A stretch of DNA of 64,000 nucleotides from Pontiella sp. (GTDB lineage: Bacteria; Verrucomicrobiota; Kiritimatiellia; Kiritimatiellales; Pontiellaceae): assembly GCA_050290185.1 (NCBI GenBank), contig JBNKHE010000005.1, positions 160,001-224,000 of the forward strand, read 5' to 3'. The notes under the pieces are model-generated. The model searched no databases and was not told the DNA's origin. It saw only the letters and a program-made list of their open reading frames with translations. Below are positions 59,153-64,000 of this stretch, piece after piece; positions within the stretch are counted from its first letter, which is position 1, and each line of letters begins with the position of its first letter. The position numbers were made by a program, and so were the translations under genes.

Positions 59153-59835
59153 GGCGTTGCTCCATACAGTTCGGATCTACGACGCCACTCGGGCGAAACC
59201 GTAAAGATCACAACGTTTCCGGCTGCATCGCGGTATGGTTCGTGCGTCTTGTCGTAAAGAACCATATGCCAAGTAATGTTACGGGAATACTCGTTGACCT
59301 TGGCAGCGGCCAGCGTTGAGCGTGTCAACCAGGTTTCCGCCGAAAGCGGATTTGCATTTGGCGTCTCCAGTGCGAGACTATTGGCCGACATCAGCGCGTT
59401 GCTATTTCCGGTTGCTGCTGTTCGGTAATACACTTGCGCTTGTGTATCGACCTGAACACCAGTCTCGAAATTCTGGACATATTCAGTTCCCACATTAAAA
59501 ACGAATGTGTAGTACCCGTCGCCGTCGTAGGAAACGGGGCTCGGGCTTGCAAGTTCCGATAGCCCTCCCGACCATCCATAGGAAATTACGGACGCCTGCA
59601 ATGTTCCGTTGTACGAGTATGGAGTCGTAGAAATCGACGTAACCGTTTCGCCCGGATTGCCCGTCACAGTGGTGCTCCAAATTCCTAGCAGGACATTATC
59701 AACATGAACATTTAACACCGTGTTACTTGGTACGGTGCTGCCAAAATTGACAACGAGTTTATACCGCAATAAAACGGCGTTAGACTCCGATGCAGCAAGC
59801 AACCCAATGAGAGATAATAGAAATATTTTTTTCAT
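59149..59835 (-). CDS. Prophage signal-peptide-bearing, beta-rich protein (spike/receptor-binding candidate)
   Basis: AGGAG RBS; MKKIFLLSLIGLLAASESNA leader; S/T/V/Y-rich. Confidence 0.65.
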   Translation of the reverse strand: MKKIFLLSLIGLLAASESNAVLLRYKLVVNFGSTVPSNTVLNVHVDNVLLGIWSTTVTGNPGETVTSISTTPYSYNGTLQASVISYGWSGGLSELASPSPVSYDGDGYYTFVFNVGTEYVQNFETGVQVDTQAQVYYRTAATGNSNALMSANSLALETPNANPLSAETWLTRSTLAAAKVNEYSRNITWHMVLYDKTHEPYRDAAGNVVIFTVSPEWRRRSELYGATP

Positions 59836-59846
59836 GCTTAAGACTC

Positions 59847-60395
59847 CTATTGTAGAACCGTCGACGACCAATTTTTTCCCTGCAAGCTTGGGTAGTTGTC
59901 CCATTCCGCGGTTGATATTGAACTTGCATAAAATACCGGCGTCCCTGGAGCCGACTGGTCGATCGCGAACAATTCAAAATCACAATACGGGAATGTATTT
60001 GTGTTGATTCCCGAGGTGACGTTCGTTGTCACCAGATCCATAGCGGCAAAGGTTGGCGACACATTGGTCGTAATGGTTGCGACTGGCGCGAACGTCGGTG
60101 TCATGTTGGTAACGCTCACAAGTCCATTGCTAACGGTCGTGAATGACACAACATTTGTCACCCAGCCAGATAGAGCCTGAACGGTGTTCGTTGAAACATT
60201 GGTCACGCTCCCCGAATACGCCTGAACGGTGTTCGTTGAAATATTGGTCGCGGCAGCGGTGAATTCCGGTTGCAACTGCACAGGAATCACAAACCTCGCA
60301 TACGGTTTATAGATTGGATTGTTTATTGAGCTTTGGCCGAATGCTGCCGAAGCGCACACGGCAAAAATCATTAGTGCTGCAAAAAGTGTCCGCAT
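59847..60395 (-). CDS. Prophage signal-peptide-bearing Thr/Asn-rich repeat protein
   Basis: MRTLFAALMIFAVCASAAFG-Q leader; TN[IV]STNTVQA repeats. Confidence 0.65.
   Translation of the reverse strand: MRTLFAALMIFAVCASAAFGQSSINNPIYKPYARFVIPVQLQPEFTAAATNISTNTVQAYSGSVTNVSTNTVQALSGWVTNVVSFTTVSNGLVSVTNMTPTFAPVATITTNVSPTFAAMDLVTTNVTSGINTNTFPYCDFELFAIDQSAPGTPVFYASSISTAEWDNYPSLQGKNWSSTVLQ
60175..60252. repeat. 45-bp period tandem duplication in the TN-rich gene
   Basis: GCCTGAACGGTGTTCGTTGAAA(C/T)ATTGGTC at 60175 and 60220. Confidence 0.85.
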
Positions 60396-60397
60396 AA

Positions 60398-61099
60398 TTA
60401 CCCCTTCATGATTTCATTGATCGAAAGTGTGCTGTCGGCATCTTGCGCCACGAAATAGATTACACCGTGACAACTGAGGGACACCGAACCGCTCGGGAAG
60501 ATCGGGGTTCCCCTGCCCGCAGCCGGATTGACAGAGGAATCGCCCCACCATATTGTATAGTCGCCCGTGTTCACAACCAGGCGTTCTTTGACCAGAGCAT
60601 TCGCGGCCAGGACTGAGGGGTTTGCCGGATCTGTTCCAACGGCAAGCGGAGCGGGTGTGCTGACTGAAGACCCCGACAAATCGACTTGCAGAAATCCTTC
60701 AATGACCGCCCGCGTGTCAGTGATCGGCCCCAGGGAAAGGACATATTCAATCGTCATAGATTCATCACTGGTATTATGAAACCGAACCTTGTTGAAGGTC
60801 GCCGGTTCGTAGGTCTTCTTATCGGGAGACAAACGGACAACCGGATAGCCGGTTCCGGCCTTGATGAAATTTGAAATTCCATTGTCCATGGAAATTAGCA
60901 CGTCAGTCGAAGCGGTGTTCGAAAAAATAGCGACGTATGATCCAAGGAATGGAACTTCCTTCTCTGACTGGGCTGAAACTGTAACTTTCCCGAATTTCTG
61001 ATTATTGGAAATCGGCATATCCGAGTAAGGAACCTTTTGACTCTGTGCGGCCATCACGGCGGCAACAATGGCCTGGATGTCTTCCGGGGTCAGATTCAT
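60398..61099 (-). CDS. Prophage structural protein, vertex/penton candidate
   Basis: Two beta-rich halves; 'AN...K...V.N.G...IW.GD..V....G.PI.P.G.V.L....IY' resembles small jelly-roll virion domains. Confidence 0.55.
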   Translation of the reverse strand: MNLTPEDIQAIVAAVMAAQSQKVPYSDMPISNNQKFGKVTVSAQSEKEVPFLGSYVAIFSNTASTDVLISMDNGISNFIKAGTGYPVVRLSPDKKTYEPATFNKVRFHNTSDESMTIEYVLSLGPITDTRAVIEGFLQVDLSGSSVSTPAPLAVGTDPANPSVLAANALVKERLVVNTGDYTIWWGDSSVNPAAGRGTPIFPSGSVSLSCHGVIYFVAQDADSTLSINEIMKG

Positions 61100-61707
61100 C
61101 TTTTCTTACGTCCTTTCACGACCATTCCAACCAGGATCAATCCCCCTAGCCCAAGGCCTAGATTTGCTTTGGTGAAAATTGTTTTTTGTTTGGCCCCTGG
61201 TGTCGTTGGCTTGGAAATTCCGCCCCCTGACACAGTAGACCCACTTAGGAATGCCGGAGCTGCCGACAACTGCCCCGGTGAAAAATTATCAAGCACCTTG
61301 TTCGTGTTTTCGTAGGTGAGCTGCAAAGCCTGGTCGATGATCTCTTGTGTACGTTCATCGAGCGCATGGTTCACGTAGCTCGACCCCTCGCCCACAGTGA
61401 CACCGTAATTGACGCTCGAACCGTCGCCGATGATTTGCCCCTGGTTATTATCCATTGAGGTTTGGTTCACGGTGTATTCAGACCCGACGCCTTGCTGAAT
61501 GCCATTGTTGACCGCAGACCTGTCGCCATATATGACGCCTTGGTTTCCATCGATCTGACTTGCATTATCGCCGAGAACGGTCGCCCCGATTCCGACATCA
61601 GTACGGACGTTAGATGCCCCCTCCCCCAGCACAACGGCGTTATCAGACGCCATCATATTATTGTTCGTCGTTTGCTGCCGGTTAGATTGTTTGGATCCGC
61701 CGCCCAT
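61096..61707 (-). CDS. Prophage MGGG-start membrane/DNA-delivery protein candidate
   Basis: MGGGSKQSN.QQTTNN start, internal V[LI]G[DE].[AS]S.V repeats, C-terminal TM + GRKKR. Confidence 0.65.
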   Translation of the reverse strand: MGGGSKQSNRQQTTNNNMMASDNAVVLGEGASNVRTDVGIGATVLGDNASQIDGNQGVIYGDRSAVNNGIQQGVGSEYTVNQTSMDNNQGQIIGDGSSVNYGVTVGEGSSYVNHALDERTQEIIDQALQLTYENTNKVLDNFSPGQLSAAPAFLSGSTVSGGGISKPTTPGAKQKTIFTKANLGLGLGGLILVGMVVKGRKKR

Positions 61708-62159
61708 TAGACAATCCTCTTGTAATAGGTTTCGACCTTAACGAACCCATGTTGCTCCAACCGGCGATCCATGCCTTGGCGCATACTTCTAACGCTCCAT
61801 GATTCGATTCGGCTTTTTTCGGCGAGTCCGTGTAGCAATGGATAAAGGGTGCAGATGAACGGAATTTCCTGTTGAACTACCGACACCGCGTGCAAAACGA
61901 GGAAATTGCAGGGTTTCCCATATTCACATTCAACCTGGCCGGTAACGATCCCGATCAGCTCGCCTTCCCGCTCAACTCGATAAAGCAGAATTCCCCCGCT
62001 TCGAATCTGATTTTCGATCCAGTCCAGACGATCAACCAACCCGACCCGGGCGGTCGTATTGTTTCTCTCCGATCTGGCAATCAGATTGCGAACGCCCGGA
62101 AACATATCCGAACGTTCGCACCGAACCACCGCTAGATCTATGACTTGTGAATCAGCCAT
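61707..62159 (-). CDS. Prophage GNAT-fold-like protein
   Basis: 150 aa; LY.V...GE.IG strand pattern and C-terminal 'S.R.GM.R.L...GF...ET.Y' like GNAT motif B. Confidence 0.55.
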   Translation of the reverse strand: MADSQVIDLAVVRCERSDMFPGVRNLIARSERNNTTARVGLVDRLDWIENQIRSGGILLYRVEREGELIGIVTGQVECEYGKPCNFLVLHAVSVVQQEIPFICTLYPLLHGLAEKSRIESWSVRSMRQGMDRRLEQHGFVKVETYYKRIV

Positions 62160-62332
62160 GCCGAAATTCCGCCAATTGCAGCCATTCCGAGCAGCCCGAA
62201 CGCGATGGATTTACCAACCCCTCCACCGATCAAGGTCTGGCGGGCACCAGCAATAGCACCGAAGTCATTGCTCGTTGGCCCGTTAGACCCGCCCGTAAAG
62301 GAGGGATTGACAGTTACACCGCCGCCGCCCAC
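62138..62332 (-). CDS. Prophage small Gly-rich membrane protein (MGGGG start)
   Basis: GTG overlapping the upstream TAG; C-terminal TM. Confidence 0.6.
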   Translation of the reverse strand: MGGGGVTVNPSFTGGSNGPTSNDFGAIAGARQTLIGGGVGKSIAFGLLGMAAIGGISAWLIHKS

Positions 62333-62616
62333 TACTTGCCATCCTTTGATTTCATCCAAAGGCCCATCCCCAGCAGAAGCGAAGTCCCGCCGCCAAACCA
62401 AACCCACTTAGAAATCTTTTTGGGTTTGGCCGGTTCGGCAGGTGCGTTCATTGGAGCGGCAGCAACGGGGGCGGTCGGACTTCCGACCTGTTGACCGTCC
62501 CCATTGAATCCGGTGGCATCGTAGATCCTGCTTGCGGCAGCGTCCGCCCCCGCCGTGACCAGTCGCTGACCAACGTTCGAGTTTAGACCGCTGTTTAATA
62601 GATCCCGAAGAGCCAT
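62332..62616 (-). CDS. Prophage membrane protein with a C-terminal anchor (position of PM2 P3)
   Basis: Directly follows the capsid gene; Pro/Ala linker, then KWVWFGGG.SLLLG.GLW.K. Confidence 0.65.
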   Translation of the reverse strand: MALRDLLNSGLNSNVGQRLVTAGADAAASRIYDATGFNGDGQQVGSPTAPVAAAPMNAPAEPAKPKKISKWVWFGGGTSLLLGMGLWMKSKDGK

Positions 62617-62618
62617 GG

Positions 62619-63506
62619 CTACGCCGCCTTTCGATCCTTGAAGATCTGTTCGTACCACAGGCGACCGTTCGAGGTTACGCCAGCACCGTCATCCGCGAAA
62701 TTCGGAGTGACCAGGAGCGACCCCAGGCCGGTTTCGAAGAAATACGCCGGAACGTCTTCCTTGTTGAAATCGACCGTCGCAAATCCAGCCTGCGGCGAAC
62801 GATAGCGGTACTCCAGCCATCTGTTGATGATGACCTGGGGAACATCCCGATAGGGATACTGCTTGGAGTTGATTGCGACTGTCCAATCGGCAACCGACAA
62901 GTGCGCGGGCTCCTCGAAGTGAAGGGCATTCAGGCACAGGTTCGGATTGTCGAACGGAATCGTCGAGATTTCAACCTGTCCGCCACCGGCAGGAACCGTC
63001 ACCGACTGACTGCCGATACGAACGTGGTCGCCCAGTTCCTGTTTCAGGTTGAAGTCCACGTCTGCCCAGATGTCGATCCGGGTGCATCCGGTCGTATCGG
63101 CAGAATATTGGAACTCCGCCGTCATGGCCTTAAGATCCGCGGTTCCGATCGTCAACTGGTTGCGACGGCCTTCGTCCTTGCCAACACCGGCAGCAGGATC
63201 AAAGTTGATCTGCGACGCACTTGCGGCCACGCCGATCGTTTCATAATGAAACGCATCGCGATAATTCAGGAACGAGGGAGTCACCTTATTGAGCAGCGCG
63301 AATCCGTCGCCGTTCTGGTGGTCGACACTCAGTGTCAAATTGGCGAGTGCATCAGCAAGCGCCGTGCCCGCACATAACGTGCCGCCATTCCACCCCTGGA
63401 AAATGAACTTCCCGAAAGTGCCCTGGTGCTTGATGTCGATTTCAATCGGTTCATTGCCGCCATCTGAGACATTCACCGATCCGATTTTGAGAGGATTCCG
63501 AATCAT
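62619..63506 (-). CDS. Double jelly-roll major capsid protein, PM2 P2-like
   Basis: 295 aa, beta-rich; LTIGTADL..M..EF, GQVEISTIP......ALHF and N..LE...R.PQAG...VDF..E resemble PM2 P2 segments as I recall them; TAATG coupling. Confidence 0.75.
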   Translation of the reverse strand: MIRNPLKIGSVNVSDGGNEPIEIDIKHQGTFGKFIFQGWNGGTLCAGTALADALANLTLSVDHQNGDGFALLNKVTPSFLNYRDAFHYETIGVAASASQINFDPAAGVGKDEGRRNQLTIGTADLKAMTAEFQYSADTTGCTRIDIWADVDFNLKQELGDHVRIGSQSVTVPAGGGQVEISTIPFDNPNLCLNALHFEEPAHLSVADWTVAINSKQYPYRDVPQVIINRWLEYRYRSPQAGFATVDFNKEDVPAYFFETGLGSLLVTPNFADDGAGVTSNGRLWYEQIFKDRKAA

Positions 63507-63667
63507 TACGCGGCCGCCTTTCCTGTTGCGCCTGCGACGGTCGACTTGACCCTCGCTTCGGCTTTCATCATCGCACCGTGCAGACGGTTCGCGATCATTG
63601 ACCCGACCACAACCAGGGCAACTAAGCCCAAAGGGTTGGCCGGTAGCATTTTTTTCTTCGCACTCAT
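63506..63667 (-). CDS. Prophage small membrane protein preceding the capsid gene (53 aa)
   Basis: AAGGAG RBS; MSAKKKMLPANPLGLVALVVVGSMIANRLH...AAA*. Confidence 0.7.
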   Translation of the reverse strand: MSAKKKMLPANPLGLVALVVVGSMIANRLHGAMMKAEARVKSTVAGATGKAAA

Positions 63668-63760
63668 GTTGGCTTTTCTCCTTGGTTGTGATTTCCAACT
63701 TTCAGAAATAATTGTTTCACGGAAAAAAGCCGTTGGTCAGTTCGAGCGGAATTTCGCGGG

Positions 63761-63799
63761 AAAAAAGAAAGGGAACCCCTGAAATAAAGGGATTCCCTT
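63761..63799 (-). terminator. Intrinsic terminator separating upstream prophage genes from the structural operon
   Basis: Minus strand AAGGGAATCCCT-TTATTTC-AGGGGTTCCCTT followed by TCTTTTTT. Confidence 0.7.
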
Positions 63800-63828
63800 G
63801 CGAAATTTTACTAATTTTGTGCGGTCAG

Positions 63829-63990
63829 TTAATGCATTTTCGAGCGCATTTCAATCCAGTCATTGAAAAGATACCTTTCCGCTGTCCGCTCAAACGCAGT
63901 TGATTCGTTCCACATTACTTCTGTCCAACCTCTACGGATAAGGAACCGCTTATATGGCAAATCAAGCTTCAGGCACTCCCAAAAACTCAT
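63829..63990 (-). CDS. Prophage small soluble protein (53 aa), paralog of the 58811-59152 N-terminus
   Basis: Hand translation MSFWECLKLDLPYKRFLIRRGWTEVMWNESTAFERTAERYLF...MH*; GGAG RBS. Confidence 0.7.
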   Translation of the reverse strand: MSFWECLKLDLPYKRFLIRRGWTEVMWNESTAFERTAERYLFNDWIEMRSKMH

Positions 63991-64000
63991 TATTCTCCAC

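Larger units (their letters stand above)
57669..64000 (-). mobile_element. Tailless double jelly-roll (PM2/corticovirus-like) prophage, partial
   Basis: 15 co-oriented short ORFs, mostly with overlapping or abutting stop/start codons; PM2 P2-like capsid protein, membrane proteins, lysis-like genes; bounded by a dif-like site. Confidence 0.8.

Noticed and set aside
63507..63698. CxxC-containing N-terminal extension of the 359-aa ORF 62619-63698
   Set aside because: It overlaps a better-supported 53-aa ORF with an AAGGAG RBS whose stop couples (TAATG) to the capsid ATG at 63506
1..64000. CRISPR array, rRNA, IS transposase or integrase
   Set aside because: No regularly spaced repeat-spacer array, rRNA-like sequence or transposase/integrase motifs seen
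57827..64000. Filamentous phage (inovirus), suggested by the dif-like site and many small TM genes
   Set aside because: No Zot/pI ATPase in view, and the 295-aa PM2-like capsid candidate plus lysis-like cassette fit an icosahedral membrane virus better; an adjacent inovirus beyond the window is not excluded

Overview
Bacterial chromosome segment, most likely from the PVC superphylum: it encodes the PVC 'small basic' signature protein, and the gene content looks Kiritimatiellota/Pontiella-like (inference). Bases 1-57.4 kb are mostly housekeeping: fhs, pyrC, pyrF, purQ, manA, PhoH2, yaaA, metY under a SAM-I riboswitch, mnmA, nadA-nifU-nifS-hisC, tRNA-Val, murB, recD2, glgP, ogt, apbE, ridA and mutY. 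This part also holds a glucosylglycerate-type compatible-solute cluster, a large secreted GH16 protein, two tandem paralogous membrane proteins and several pseudogene or deletion scars. The most notable feature is at the right end (about 57.67-64 kb, running off the window). It is a tightly coupled minus-strand gene array that looks like a tailless, internal-membrane prophage: a PM2/corticovirus-like double jelly-roll capsid protein, small membrane proteins, a GNAT-like protein between two MGGG-start proteins, vertex/spike candidates (two with signal peptides) and a holin/spanin-like module. It ends beside a XerC/XerD dif-like site. Also notable are a TIGR01212 (YtqA/MnmL) radical SAM fused to an MnmC-type methyltransferase, and REP-like palindromes and heptamer repeats inserted in frame in coding genes. 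All calls come from reading motifs by eye; no searches were run.
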